Of a DNA stretch of 64,000 nt, positions 14,300 through 33,484 are shown piece after piece. The position numbers and the translations under genes were made by a program. Every line of letters starts with the position of its first letter. The stretch's first letter is position 1. This DNA is from the human T2T-CHM13v2.0 reference genome, Homo sapiens: NCBI RefSeq assembly GCF_009914755.1, contig NC_060936.1; one strand, written 5' to 3'. The notes under the pieces were generated by a model that saw only the letters and a program-made list of their open reading frames with translations, made no database searches and had not been told where the DNA came from.

Positions 14300-15548
14300 C
14301 CTTAATCTATTTTGAGTTGATTTTTATATATTATATAAGGGTCCAATTTCATTCCTTTGCATGTGAATATCTAATTTTAACAGCATTTATTGAAGAGACT
14401 ATCTTTTCCCCATTGTAAATTCTTACCACCCTTGTTCATTAGTTGACCATATATGCATGGGTTTCTGTCTGGGATTTCTATTCGATTTCATTGGTCTATG
14501 TATGTTTTTATGCCAATATCATCCTGTTTTGATTACTGTCATTTTGTAATATATTTTGAAATCAGGGAATGTAATACCTCTAGTTTTGTTCTTCTTGCTC
14601 AAAATGCTTTCAGCCACTCAAGGTCTTTTGTGGTTCCAAATGAATTTCAAGATTGTTTTTTCTATTTCTATAAAAAAAACCGGAAATATGGATGTTTTAA
14701 CAATATTAATTCTTCCAATCAATGAACATGAGATGCCATTCCATTTATTTGTGCCTTTTAAATTTCTTTCATCAATATTTTGTCATTTTCAGCATTCAAG
14801 TTTTCACCTCCTTGGTTGAGCTTATTCCTAAGCATTTTTTTATGTTCCTGTAAATTGAATTATTTTCTTAATTTCCTTTTGGGATAGATTATTATTAGTG
14901 TTTAGAAATGCTACTGATTTTTATATGTTGATTTTTTATCATGAGAATTCACTATATTTGCTTATTAGTTCTAACAGTTTCTTTTTTAGCAATCTTCAGG
15001 TTTTTCTATATATAAGATCATGTCATCTGCAAGCAGAGACAATTTTACTTCTTCTTTTTTGATTTCTATGCCTTTTATTTCTTTTTCTTTCCTAATTACT
15101 CTAGGTAGGACTTCCAGTACTAATCTGAATAGGAGAGTTGACAGTATCCTTCTCTTGTTCTAAATCGTAGAAAGAATTCAGCTATTCAGCTTTTCACCAC
15201 TGAATATGTTAGCTGTGGGCTTCTCATAAATGGCCATTATCATGTTGAGGTAAGTTCCTTCCAAACCTAATTTTTTGAGAATTTTTCTCATGAAACAGCT
15301 TTGAATTTTGTCAAATGCTTTTTGTTGTTGTTGTTGTTGTCTATTGAGTTGAACATGTGATTTTACCCCCTCTTTCTGTTCATGTGGTTTATCCTCCTAT
15401 CTGTTAATTGATTTGTGTATGTTGAAACACGTTTGCATTCTAGGGATAAATCCTACTCGGTCATGGTGTATAATTCTTTTAATGGGCAGTTGTATCTGGT
15501 TTGTTAGTATTTTGTTGAGGATTTTGGTATCTACATTCATCAGGGATA
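14300..15548 (-). mobile_element. Old L1 (L1MA/MB-type) ORF2 RT-region fragment
   Basis: Antisense L1 ORF2 sequence, e.g. gatcatgtcatctgcaagcagagacaattttacttc is the reverse complement of the LFADDM region. Confidence 0.9.
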
Positions 15549-15570
15549 AGTGAGATTACATCAAACTATA

Positions 15571-18500
15571 TGTGATAGTTAAATTTATTAGTACACTTGG
15601 CTGGGCCACGGTGCCCAGATATTTAGTCAAGTCTTATTCTGGATGTTTCTGTAAGCATGTTTTTTGATGAGGTTAACGTTTAACTTGGTGGACATGGAGC
15701 AAAGCAGATTGTTCTCCATAATGTGGGTGGGTGTCTTTGGATTTTGGAGGAAACATATTTCTCATTTGAGTGTGTTATTCCAGTTTGCTTACCAAGTAAC
15801 CTTAAAAGCTGCTTGTTTTGAGTGGGTCCCAGAACAAAAGAAAGCTTTGCTAGAGGTCCAAGCTGCTGTGCAAGCTTCTCTGCCACTTGAGCCATATGAT
15901 TCAGCAGATCCAATGGTGTCTGAAATGTCAGTGGCAAATAGGGATGTGTGTAAAGCCTTTGGTAGGCCCCCTTAGGAGAATCACCTGCCATCCTCTGTAG
16001 ATAGCTACTTTCCTTTTGGAAAACAGCTTTTGACCTGCCATTGGCCCTTAATGGAGACTGAACACTTAACCATGGGCCACCAAGTTACCATGAGACCTGG
16101 GCTTCCTATTAGTAACTAGGTGTTTTGTGACACTCAAAGCCATAAAATTGAGTGTGTACATTAGCACTTTACCATCAAATGGAAGTAGTATATATGAGGT
16201 TGACCCCAAGCATGCCCTGACGGCACAAGTCAGTTCCAAGAAGAAGCATCCCAGATGCCCATGCTTTCCATTCCTGCTATACCACCTTCTTTCTCCCAGC
16301 CTGCACCTATTGCCTCATGTGGAGTTCCCTATGATCTGTTGACAGAGGAAGAAAACACACAGGCCTGATTTACGGAGGAAGAAAAGACATGGGCCTGATT
16401 TACAGTTGGTTTTGCACAATATGCAAACACCACCCAAAAGTAGACAGCCGCAGCATCATACTCCCTTTCTTGGTCATCCCTGAAGGACAATAGTGAAGGG
16501 AAATCCTACTGGTGGGCAGAACTTCAAGCAGTGCACCTGACTGTTCACTTGGCTTGAAAGCAAAAATGGCCAGGCATGCAATTATATACCAATTAGTGGG
16601 CTGTGGCCAAAGGTTTAGCTGGATGGTTAGGGAGTTGGAAGTTACAAGATTGGAAAACTAGTTACAATATAGTCCAATAAAGACAGCAGAAAACATGAAT
16701 ATATTTATGCCTTATGTGAATGTTCATTAAAGGATGACCTTTTCAGGGGAGGATTTTAATAATCAAGTGGATAGGATGATCAGTTATGTGTATCTGCCTG
16801 TTTCCCCAGCCACACCTGTTATCCAATGAGCTCATGAACCAAGTGGCCATGGTAGCAGGGATGATGGTTATGCATGGGCTTAAAAACATGGATTTCCATT
16901 CATCAAGGCAGATCTGGCTGCAGCTGATGCTGAGTGCCCTATCAGGCAGCAGCACAGACAAACATGGAGTCTGATATGACACCATTAGCCAGGGTGATCA
17001 GTCAGCTACCTAGTGACAGGTTGATTACATTGGATCACTTCTATCATGGAAAGGGTAGCATTTTATTGTGACTAGAGTAGACACTTACTCTGGATATTAA
17101 TTTTCCTTCCCTGTGTGCAATGTTTCTGCCAAAACTACCATCCTTGGACTTACAGAATGCCTTATCCATCATCATGGTATTACACACAGCATTTCTTCTG
17201 GTCAAGGAACTGATTTTACAGCCAGTGAAATATATCTTACCATGTTCTCCGTTATCCCGAAGCAGCTGTCTGGATAGAATTTTGGAATTACCTTTTGAAG
17301 ACTCAGTGACAGCACCAGTTAGATGGCAATACCTTGTAGGACTGGTGCCAGATTCTCCAGGAGATTGCGTGTGCTCTTAATCAGCACCCAATATATGGTG
17401 CTGTTTTTCCCATAGCCAAGATTCACAGGGCCAAAAATCAATGGGTGGAAATGGGAGTGAGACTGCTCACTATTACCGCTAGTGCCCCACTAGCAAAAAT
17501 TTTGTTTCCTCTTCCCACAACCTTATGCTTTGCTGGCCAAGAAGTCTTAGTGTGAAAAGGAGGAGTGCTTCTACTAGGAGACGCAACAATGTTTCCATCA
17601 AACTGGAGGTCAAAACTGATACCTGGCCTCTTTGGGCCCCTCATACCTCCAAATCAACAGACAAAGAAAGGAGTTATTGTGCTGGATCAGGTGATTAATC
17701 CTGACTACAGAGGAAGACTTGGAATGCTACTTTACAATGGAAATGAGGAAGAGTATGTCTGGAAGAGAGAAGACCTCTTAGAGTGTCTCTTATTATTACC
17801 ATGTCCTGTAATTAATCCTGTAATTAATGTCAATGGAAAACCACAACAACCCAATCTAGGCAAGATGACTAATAGCCCAGACCCTTCAGTAATGAAGGTT
17901 TGAGTCACCCCACCAGGTTAAACAAACAAACAAACAAAAACATAAGTAGTGAGGTGCTTGCTAAGAGCAAAAAGAATATGGAATGAGTAGTGGAACAAGG
18001 TAGTCATAAATACCAGCTACAGTCATATGACCGGCTACAGCAATCAGTACTGCAACTGCCATAAGTATATCTTTCTTCTTTTATTATGAATATGTTTGTG
18101 TGCATGTACAGCAAACCTTGTTTTCTGACTTCTCTTATCCCCTTTTTCATGTGACGTAAGATGTATTGACTTTATATCATACTATTTAAGTATAATTAAC
18201 TATGTAAACATCAAATATTTCAGCTATTGGATTCAAGAAGAGTAGGTGCCACCCAAAGACATTGCATCCTTTTTTGGAGAAATAGTTAATGTGTTTTTGA
18301 TTGTATACAGGATAGTTGTATCATGTTAGGCCAAAAGTATGACCTTGTTACTGTCTTTAATTGGAGATTAGAAATGGTTTAAGGAGATGCACAAAGGTGC
18401 CATGTTGACAAGGGGTGGACTCATGATGGTTAATTTTATGTGTTAATTTGATTGGGCCACAGTGCCCGGATTTTTGGTCAAATATTTTCCTAAATGTTTC

Positions 18501-18815
18501 TGTGAGGGTGTTTGTGGCTTTGAGTAAAGCATATTGGTTTCCATGATGTGAATGGGCCATATCCAGTCAACTGAAGGCCTGATAGAATAAAAAGACTAAC
18601 CTCTTCCAAGCAAAAAAGTAATTCTGCAAGCAGATGACCTTCAGACTTGAACTGTACCATTGGCACGCCTCCCTGGGTCTCCAGCCTGCCAGATCACCCA
18701 GAAGACTTTGGATTTGCCAGCCTTCATAAATGTATGAGCCAACTCCTCACAACAAATTTTTCTCTGCATATATATTTATCCAATTTGTTATTTTTCTCTG
18801 GAGAACTCTAACTAA
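15571..18815 (+). mobile_element. Internally deleted HERV-L/ERVL provirus with MLT2 LTRs
   Basis: 5' MLT2 start tgtgatagttaa at 15571; pol peptide GFWRKHISHL...FEWVPEQKKAL; integrase-region DNA; dUTPase-like peptide VINPDYRG (17565-17903); polypurine tract aaggggtggac ~18410; 3' LTR 18421-18815. Many stops. Confidence 0.9.
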
Positions 18816-19224
18816 TAAGTATGACTATAATTCAATTTAGGTACCCCTTATTTATTTCACATTGAATCCTACATTCCGCTATGTTCAGTCTCTCTAAATC
18901 CTTTTACATAAAGATTCTAATTTGCATTTAAAATATTTCTAAATGCTCTCTGAATAAAGTCCAAGAAAATTTATACCAAGGTCAAAGTCTAATTAAAGAA
19001 ACAAGTCATGTCATATAATACAAGTTAATTCAATTGTATTCTTTTTTATTTTCCTACTTTTAAATTGAAAAAAAAATGTCCTTGAGAGTTTGGCTCAAGC
19101 TAGAGAATTCTAAACCCTCAGAAAAAAAGAAAAAATATATAATCTTTATTTCTTCCTTCTATCTTTGTTTTTCTATGTGAAATTGATGCTGTCTTTGAGC
19201 TTTGCCCAGTAGAAACCTGGTATA

Positions 19225-21995
19225 TTCCATTTGTTGTTAGACAATATGTTGTTTAATTTCCACATATTTGTGAATTTTCCAATTTTCTTCCTCCTACTGA
19301 TTCTAGTTTCACATCATTGTGATCAGAAAATATTACTTCAATCTTCTTAAATTTGTTAAGATTTGTTTTGTGGCCTAGCATATGATCTATCCTGGAGAAT
19401 GCTCCATGTGTGTTTGAGAAGACTGTGCATTCTGCTACTATTGGGTGAAATGTTCTGTATATGTATTTGAGTTTATTTTGTCTTCAGCGTAGTTTAAATA
19501 TGATGTTTGTTTATTGATTTTCTGTCTGGATAGTTTATCCATTGTTGAAAGTGGTAATTAAGTCCCCTATTATTGTTTTATTGCTGTCTATTTCTTCCTT
19601 AAGATCTATAGAATTTGCCATATGTATTTAGGTGCTCTGATTTGGGTGCATATATATTTACAATTGTTATAACCTCTTGATAAATTGACCCTTTTATCAT
19701 TATATGACCTCCCTTGTCTCTTGCTATGGTTTTTGAATTAAAGTCTATTTGTCTAAGTATACACAAATATACTCTGCTCTCTTTTGCTTTCCATTTGCAG
19801 AGAATATGTTTTTCCATCCCTTTACTTTCAGTCTGTGCATCCTTAAAACTGAAGAGAATATCTTGTAGCCAACAAATATTTGGATATTATAAAAATCCTT
19901 TTAGGCACCATATGTCTTTTGATTACACCCATTAAATTTAAAGTTACTATTGATGGGTTAAAAACATTCTACTGCCATTTTGTTAATTGTTTTCTGGTTA
20001 CTTTGTAAATCATTCTTTTCTTCCTCTCTTGCTATATTCCTTTGTGATTTAATAATTTTATGTGATGCTTTGCTTTGAATTTTTCTCTTTTTTATATATC
20101 TACTATAGGTTTCTGATTTGTGGTTACCATAATACTTATATGAAACATCTTATAGTCATAACAGTCTATTTAAGCTGATAACATTGATTGCATATAAAAA
20201 CTCTACATCTTATTTCCTCTTCACAATTTGTTTCCAATGTCACAATTTACATCTTTTTATAATGTGTCTACACTAACAAATTACTGTCGCTATAGTTATT
20301 TTTAATACTTTTGTCTTCCAATCTTTTTACTAGAACTTTAAGTTATCTACACACCACCTTACAGTGTTAGAATATTCTGAGGTGGAAATGGTGGCTCATA
20401 CTTGGAATCCCAGAACTTTGGGAAGCCAAGGGTGGAGGATCACTTGAGCCCAGGAGTTTGAGACAAGTCTGTGCAATGGTAAGACCCTATCTCTACACTA
20501 ATAATAATAATAACAATAATAATAACAAAATTAAGCCAGGCATGGTGGCACCCCTATAGGCCTAGCTACTTGGGAGGATCTCTTGAGTCTAGGAAGTCAA
20601 GTCTTCAGGGAGCTATGATGGTGCCACTTCACTCCAGTCTGGGTGACAGAGTAAGACCCTGTCTCAAAACAAAAGAACATTCTGAATTTGATGGGGTAAT
20701 TACCTTTATTGGTGAGTTTTAGACTTTTATATGTTTTCATTTTACTAATAGGTGTCCTTTGATTTCATATTGAAGAACTCCCTTTGGCATTTGTTGGAAG
20801 GCAGATCTAGTGGTGATGAACTCCCTCAACTTTGTCTTGGAAAGCCTTTATCGTACTTTCATATCTGCAGGTCAGCTTTGCCAAGCAAAATATTCTTGGT
20901 TGAGAGGTTTTTTTTATTTCAGAACTTTGACTATAGTATCCTTCTCCCCCATTTTTTGCAAGGTTTCTGCTGAGAAATCTGTTGATAGCCTCAGGGAGTT
21001 TCCCTTGTAGGTGACAAACCTCTTTTCTCTTGCTGCTTTCAAAATTATATTTTTATGTTTGCTTTTGTCAGTGTGATTATAATATGTCTCCCTGTAGCTT
21101 CCTTTGAGTTGAACCTGTATGAAGATCTTTGAGTTTAATGAATCTCGATGTTCATATCTCTCTCCAGATCTGGGGAGTTTTCTGGGGAGTTTTCAGCTAT
21201 TGTTTTCTTAAATATTCATACCTATTACAATAAAAGCACTCATGCCACACCTCTTCTTTACTCTTACAGGGAATTCTTAAGATTGTATTCTCTCAGTTCT
21301 GCAAAGCCAGGCCAGGTGCTGAGAACCTCCTGTTTGTCTTCTCCGGGAGCAGTTCCCTAAAATACTCAAGATTCTGTGCCTTCTTCCAATTCTGCAGAGT
21401 TGAGCCAGCTGCCAGCATGAGACACTTGTACTTGTCATCCATAACGGCTTGCTCAGAGAGCTGTCCTATGGGGGGATGAAGCACAGAGAGTGTTTGGGGT
21501 GTCCATGGGTCAGCTAGGGGGAGGAGGTCCAAGGATGAGGTATCCTGAGAAGCTCATGGGCAGGCTTCCTGATGCAGTCCACAGAGAGAATTCCCTTCCC
21601 TGCCTCCATCTTCACCCCATCATTCAGCTGGGCTGATCACCTAAGAGTTCTAGGAAAGGCAAGAAAAAGTACATCTCTTGGACAGTATCCAGCATGGCTG
21701 GAGAAGCTAGGTTCTCACCCATTACACTCTCACTTTCTCTTGGGGGAGAAATCATGGGCTGAGGAGGTCTCTCTTGGCACTAACTTATACCACCTTGGGT
21801 GGGTGATGCAGGTAAAGTGCAACTGTTTTTCTTACCCACTTCATGCATCTTGGACTTTTTGCTCTAACAGTGTGTAGCAACTTCTCTGCTGAACTCCCAG
21901 ACTCCCACAGAGTTACTCTCACCCGTGGGTAGTTGACAAAAATTGATTCTTTACAGGGGAGAGATGTTAGAAAACTCCTATTCTGCCATCTTGCT
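19225..21995 (-). mobile_element. Old L1M: EN region, ORF1 and 5' UTR remnants, interrupted by an AluJ
   Basis: ORF 19599-19817 gives ...RDKGGHIMIKGSIYQEVITIVNIYAP (L1 endonuclease). The sequence continues into ORF1-like and 5' UTR-like DNA ending ctattctgccatcttg. Confidence 0.85.
20381..20673 (+). mobile_element. AluJ
   Basis: J diagnostics (cacttgagcccaggagtttgaga); TSD agaatattctga / agaacattctga. Confidence 0.9.
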
Positions 21996-24112
21996 CTAGT
22001 GAAGAAATTTGTGGCTCAAAAATGTGAACTTATGGTTCACAGGCCCTTACTCCTCAACACTACTACTTAGATAAAATTATCAGAGTGAAAAAAATAAGTA
22101 AAATAAAGTCATAACAATAAACAGAAGGCAGATTTCAACATTTCTGAGAAAAAAAAGAAAACAGATATAAGCATCTTTATGGAGGTGAAAACTCTTTCCC
22201 AGAGTTTCTTCAGGAATAATAATAACAAATCTATGCATTGAAACCTGGAAGGGATCTGGGCTTAGAGTTAGTAGGTTTGAGGGAAGGCAGGGATAAGAAG
22301 GGCAACTTAACACAGTGCTTTTGCGAACTGCATTTGGAGCAGCTGAACCAACAGAAGTCTTCTCCATCCCCTTCCCTTTTCTCACAGAAGTACAACAGGT
22401 ATTTGTACTCAAGCAGTGTGGAATAATTTGTACTCAAGCAGTGTGGGAAGCCTTTTCTTAAATAATTAAAAGAACTCTCTGGGGAAAGCAAAGATTCCCA
22501 TTCCCCATAATAAAGCCCTCTTCATTCTGGTATTTCTGGAGCTCTTTATTCTAAAAACCCTCTTCCCCCACCTACTGTTCTTAAAGTGAAATCTATATGG
22601 TGATGTGTTTCTCACTCTCCATACATAGTTCCCACCCATGTCAGAAACCCTCCATTTACACAGTAGAGGAAACCACACCAGCTTCTTGGTCTTTCATTCT
22701 TTTCTAGGATCCTACTACATAGAACCAACAGGAGAATGAGGAAAATGTGCAACGTATAAAGACAAAAACAAACAGAAAAACTGATGTTGAATAAAGCAGA
22801 GATAATTCAGGGAATAGAAGAAAATCTTCCAAAAATTGTGGAGAAAAAGAGAAAAAATGTCATTCTATAACTAAAATAAGAAAATGTTTCTATAAAAAAA
22901 TGGCCAATGAGAGAACAAGAAAGAGCTCTTAGCAGTGAAAAATACCATTGCCATATTGCCAAACTAGAACATTCAAAAGAAAGACTGGAAAATTAAGTGC
23001 AAAAAATTTTCCAAGAAGTAGCAAAATGAGAAAGTGATAGGTAATATGAGGAAACAGATATAGGATTTGGCAAGAAGTTCCAAACACTGACTAAGGGAAG
23101 CCCCAGAGGAGAAACCTGCCCAGCAGAGACCATGGTACCTGCAGCAAGTCTCAGGGACCCTGAAGGCAGAGCTCAGAAGGGGCAAGCATAAGCGGGTGTG
23201 GCTCCACACAGTCCTGCTTTTCTCCTAAGTAGAAAACAAGCCACCTACTCAAAATTGAGACTTCTCTCCTCTTTTTCTCAAGGCCCCAACCCAAAGGGGT
23301 CTGGAGGGTCTCAGCCCTCCTGTTCTGCCATCTGGGATTTGTGCCTAGCCTCCCTTCCCATGCTTGCAGGGCAGGTCCCCAGGTGGCACTGGATAAGCCC
23401 CTGTTTATTACAATTTTAAAAAGGGAGAATAGCAAAGTGAAGGGGGGATATTTTTTTCAGAGAAAGAATAGACAGAAATACTCCAGAGCTAAAGAATACC
23501 ACCTTCTTCACATTAAAATAGATTCTGAATAGAAATGGAAGACTATAGATACATTTTAAAGACATTTTAGAGCATCAAGGATAAAGTGAATATTTCAAAA
23601 AGAAAATACGAATTATTCCAAAGTGAGAAGAACTAGGTAGGAATTATATTTCCTGTCAGCAATAAAATATGATAAAAAGAAAGTAAGGGAATATTTTCAA
23701 AATTCTGAGAAAAAAATGTTCAGTTAAATTCTATAGCAAGTCAATTCAGTAATCAAGTGGCATGGCATTTGATTGCCATTGTTAGAATTGACTCAGAAAG
23801 CTTACTTCCTATCCACCTTTTTGTAAAAGGTACTTGAGAATTTACTCTAGCCAAACAAGAAAATACCGCAGAAAATGAAAAGATACATTATGCAAGGAAA
23901 CTGAAATTAAATGGGAAGACTAAGGAAGGAAAGACCAAGATGACAAGAGACCTAGAGAACTATCAGTCTATTCTGAAGAGGAAGTGAGAGGACTCTGAGA
24001 GAGAGGACTCCACGAAAAAAAAAAAAAAAAGGATGCTACAAAATATGACTGAGAGCCTGGAAAAAATTAAACATATGACAAAGGTAAATGCAAGGAAAAA
24101 AATAAACATTAA

Positions 24113-24477
24113 TGTGTTAGTCTGCTTTCACACTACTGATAAAGACATACCTGAGACTGGACAATTTAAGAAAGAAAGAGATTTAATTGGATTCACAGTT
24201 CCACATGGCTGGGAAGGCCTCACAATCACGACAAAAGGCAAGGAGGAGCAAGTCACATCTTACGAGCATGGCGGCAGGCAAAGAGAGCTTGTGCAGGAAA
24301 ACTCCCCCTTATAATACCGTCAGATCTCATGAGATTTATTCACTATTGTGAGAACAGCATGGGAAAGACCCACCCCCATAATTCAATCATCTCCCACCAG
24401 GTCCCTCCCATAACACATGGGAATTATGGAAGCTACAAGATGAGATTTGGGTGAGGACACAGAGCTAAACCATATCA
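24113..24477 (-). mobile_element. THE1 (THE1A/B-like) solo LTR
   Basis: tgtgttagtctgctttcacactactgataaagacatacctgagactgg...aaaccatatca; 5-bp TSD attaa/attag. Confidence 0.92.
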
Positions 24478-24599
24478 ATTAGAAACACCAGGGGAAAATA
24501 AAAATAAAATAATATTTAAAAGATACTATTAAAAAGTCACAGTCCAAATGTGAAGCAAAATTAAAGTGCAGCATTATTTTAAATAATTAGGATCATATC

Positions 24600-25223
24600 T
24601 GTGATGGTTAATTTTATGTGTCAACGTGACTGGGCCATGGGAGGCCCAGATATTTGATCAAACACTCTGGGTATATTTGTGAGGGTGTTTTTGGATGAGA
24701 TTAACATTTGAACAGGAAGACTGAGTACAGCAGTTTTCTCTTCCTCATAGGAGTGGGCATTCAGTTGAAGGCCTGAATTAGAACAAGGAGTCTGGCCCTC
24801 CCATGAATAAGAGGAAACTCCTCCCACCTGGCTGTCTGAACTGGGACATTGGTCTTTACCAGCCTTGAGACTCGAATTGAAACATTGGCTCTTCTTGGGT
24901 CTCGAGCTTGCCAGACCTTAAGACCAGAATTTAAACTACTAGTTCTACTGAGTCTCCAACTTGTTGACCACAGATCTTGGAACTTGTCAGCTTCAATAAT
25001 CATATGAGCCAATTCCTTATAGTTAATACACATATATAGATATATATAACATATGCACACATACATTTATATGTATATTATATGAGTGTGTACATATATG
25101 CACATTTATATGTATATTGTGTGTATATGTACACATACACAAGATGTGTATGTATGTATATAAATACACATACCTATCCACACACACAAAGAGAGATAGA
25201 TTAGGTAGATAGATACGTGTGTG

Positions 25224-25267
<44 letters not shown>

Positions 25268-25316
25268 CACACACACACATCTTGGTTCTGTTCCTCTGGA
25301 GAACCTGGTTAATACA
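24600..25316 (+). mobile_element. MLT2 (MLT2D-like) solo LTR with internal TA/CA microsatellite
   Basis: tgtgatggttaattttatgtgtcaac...ctggagaacctggttaataca; perfect 5-bp TSD atatc at 24595-24599 and 25317-25321. Confidence 0.9.
25025..25280. repeat. Compound (TA)n/(CA)n/(TG)n microsatellite
   Basis: Alternating purine-pyrimidine repeats are directly visible. Confidence 0.9.
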
Positions 25317-26274
25317 ATATCTTTGCAATAGAAGAGAAGAAATGAAATCTTAGCATCCCCTAGTCACAATCGAATTTTCTTTAAATTGTGATAATATTAT
25401 TTTATATATCTTTTTTCCAGCATTAGAATTAATGCATGGACAAAATATGGAAGAATTGGGTGTGGTTTCTGAACAGACTGCAAGTTTTAATAACCTTGAT
25501 AACATAAAACCAAAACCCTGATTGAAATAAGTAGATCATAAAGAGAGGAGATCTACAAATTTTGTAATAATTGCACAAAACTACAATTCTGAAATCTAGT
25601 TTTCTACCTTTTATTTATTTTCTTCTTTCTTTGGAATAAAAAGTCATGCTGATTCTTACTCAGAGATTGAATTTCTACTTGTGTTCCCCTCTACTCGTTG
25701 GAGAGACAAATGAAGAGGAATATTGATATTTTTATTGCACATAGTGGGCAGTCAAGTCCAGTCACCCTGTTGCAAGTAAAAAAAAAAAAAAGGAATTAAG
25801 GTTACTTTTGCAAACTACAAAGTTAAAGAATTGAGGAACTAAAATTAGTACGACTATCAGACATGGGTGGGAGAACAGAGGCAAGGAACTATGAGATTAG
25901 TGAAGCCAAAGCCTCCTCTTTATTAATAGAAACCCAATAGATGTTATCTATTTTACACTTTTACCTAAGTTGATAATTATCTACTGATGAACATAATAAT
26001 AGAGAGACCATCATATTTTCTGATTCACTGAGGTAAATGTCACAAGATGAAAGTAGACATTATAATAAGAGTTTTCCTCTAAGGTGTATGTTTGGAGAAT
26101 AGGCATGAATAGACAAGAGTTTATTGCCTTTCATTATATAAAGAACTAAATAAGAAACCAACATTTTTGAAAATTTAAAACCAGTCAAGAGGAGAAAAGA
26201 AAATGAAAATGAATTGAAGAAATGAAAGAGCAAACCAAGAGTAAATGCACTTTTTAAAAAAATCATTGTTTCCT

Positions 26275-31752
<5,478 letters not shown>

Positions 31753-32562
31753 GTCATTGTTTCCTACGGGGTGGATGACACAGGGCTTTTGCATTTTAAT
31801 GATAATTTCTTTAAGAGTTTCCTGCTGATTTCTGGTGATTGTTAGAAATATCAGTCTAAAATAGAAAATGGTGGCTGTGAAAATAAATCTTGCTTGCTTC
31901 AATTTCAATATATTTTAGGAACAAAGATGCAGGTTCTTTTTTTACTTGTAAGAACAAAATTCTTCTGCTCCATAGGATTATTGACAGCCTTTCTTCTACC
32001 ATATGGACTTTATTTTATGCAGCAGCACGAAACTACAATTCTGAGGTCTAGTTTTCTACCTTTTATTTATTTTCTTCTTTCTTTCTTTGGGAAAAAGAAA
32101 ACACATGCTGATTCTTAGTCAGAGATTGAATTTCTACTTGTGTTCCCCTCTACTCCTCGGAGAGCAGGTTTTTTATTTCCTCTGAGGGATGTAATGGATT
32201 TCTATTATCTAGAGCCATATTATCAAGCAGTATAGCACAACACACACAGATGGGGTTTTAGACATATTAAAAAAGTAAAAGAACAAACAAAAAAGATAAA
32301 AGTCAATTAAACTCTGCAATAAAAATATCATAGATCACAAAAGCAGTCTGGTCTTATTTTGTTATGCACCTTGATATTTCAGGGTTTAGAAAGTGACTTT
32401 TAATGACCAACATAAGCCAAAAGAAAAGTATACTCTGGCACAAGAGATTGAAAAGAGCAGTTATCAGTAAGCAATGGATTTTTTTTTAATTAGGTTTTTA
32501 ATCAACCCAAGTGAAATCCTTCAATTGAACAAAGAAAAAAAATCACTTGAAAGTCTTGACCA

Positions 32563-32858
32563 GGCCAGGCGCAGTGGCTCACGCCTGTAATCCCAGCACT
32601 TTGGGAGGCCGAGGCAGGTGGATCACCTGAGGTCAGGATTTCGAGACCAGCCTGGCCAACATAGTGAAATCCCATCTCTACTATAAATATAAAAATTAGC
32701 CGGGCATGGTGGCAGGTGCCTGTAATCCCAGCTACTTTGGAGGCTGAGGCAGGAGAATCACCTGAACCCAGAAGGCAGAGATTGCAGTTGAGCTGAGATT
32801 GCCCCATTGCACTCCAGCCCTGGCAACAGAGCGAGACTCAATCTCAAAAAACAAACAA
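32563..32858 (+). mobile_element. AluS-type
   Basis: Full dimer; TSD aaagtcttgac at 32550-32560 and 32857-32867. Confidence 0.95.
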
Positions 32859-33484
32859 AGTCTTGACTAAGGAAAACATCCAACGAGCATAAGACAGAGT
32901 TTAAAGGACTAACACATTATTGAGAAGATGTTACTTATATGCTGACAAAACTGAAGGACAATCAAAGACTAAAATACTAAATCGAACACAATCAAACCTC
33001 AAAATTCCTGGGATGTGCAAGCATATTTCTGGAATATATGACAACGGATGGACCGACATGGGCACTGAAAGCACTGCACCTTGCTACAGGCACAAAATTG
33101 GAGAATGTGAGCAATTATAAAGTTCCACACAATTAAAGCTGAAAGATCACATCTTAGTAACATGTAGGAAATACTAAGGCCTTTGCACGTCTCTAGTGTT
33201 CTCTTATTCTATTCAGCAACTCTCTAGCTATTGCCCTAATTCCCCAGCTTGACTCACAAGCAAGACCTGCACGTTTCATCTCTACTCCACTTCTCTTCAA
33301 GATTCAGTTCATCATTGTACCCTAACAACCTCCACCCTCTCTCTTCTACGCTGCCTCTTGCTGGCCAAATCCAACAACCATATTTCAGCCCTTCTCTTTC
33401 TTAACATTTTTGTTCATTTGAGATTTTTAGATATTATGTCCTTGAAATTGAGTTTTCCTTCAAACAGTTGCTCTTTCACTGGCC

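Larger units (their letters stand above)
22780..26230 (+). mobile_element. Very old L1ME/HAL1-like remnants interrupted by LTRs and other inserts
   Basis: A-rich, degenerate ORF1-like sequence (gaaagagctcttagcagtgaaaaat..., ttttcaaaattctgagaaaaaaa). Family assignment is uncertain. Confidence 0.5.
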
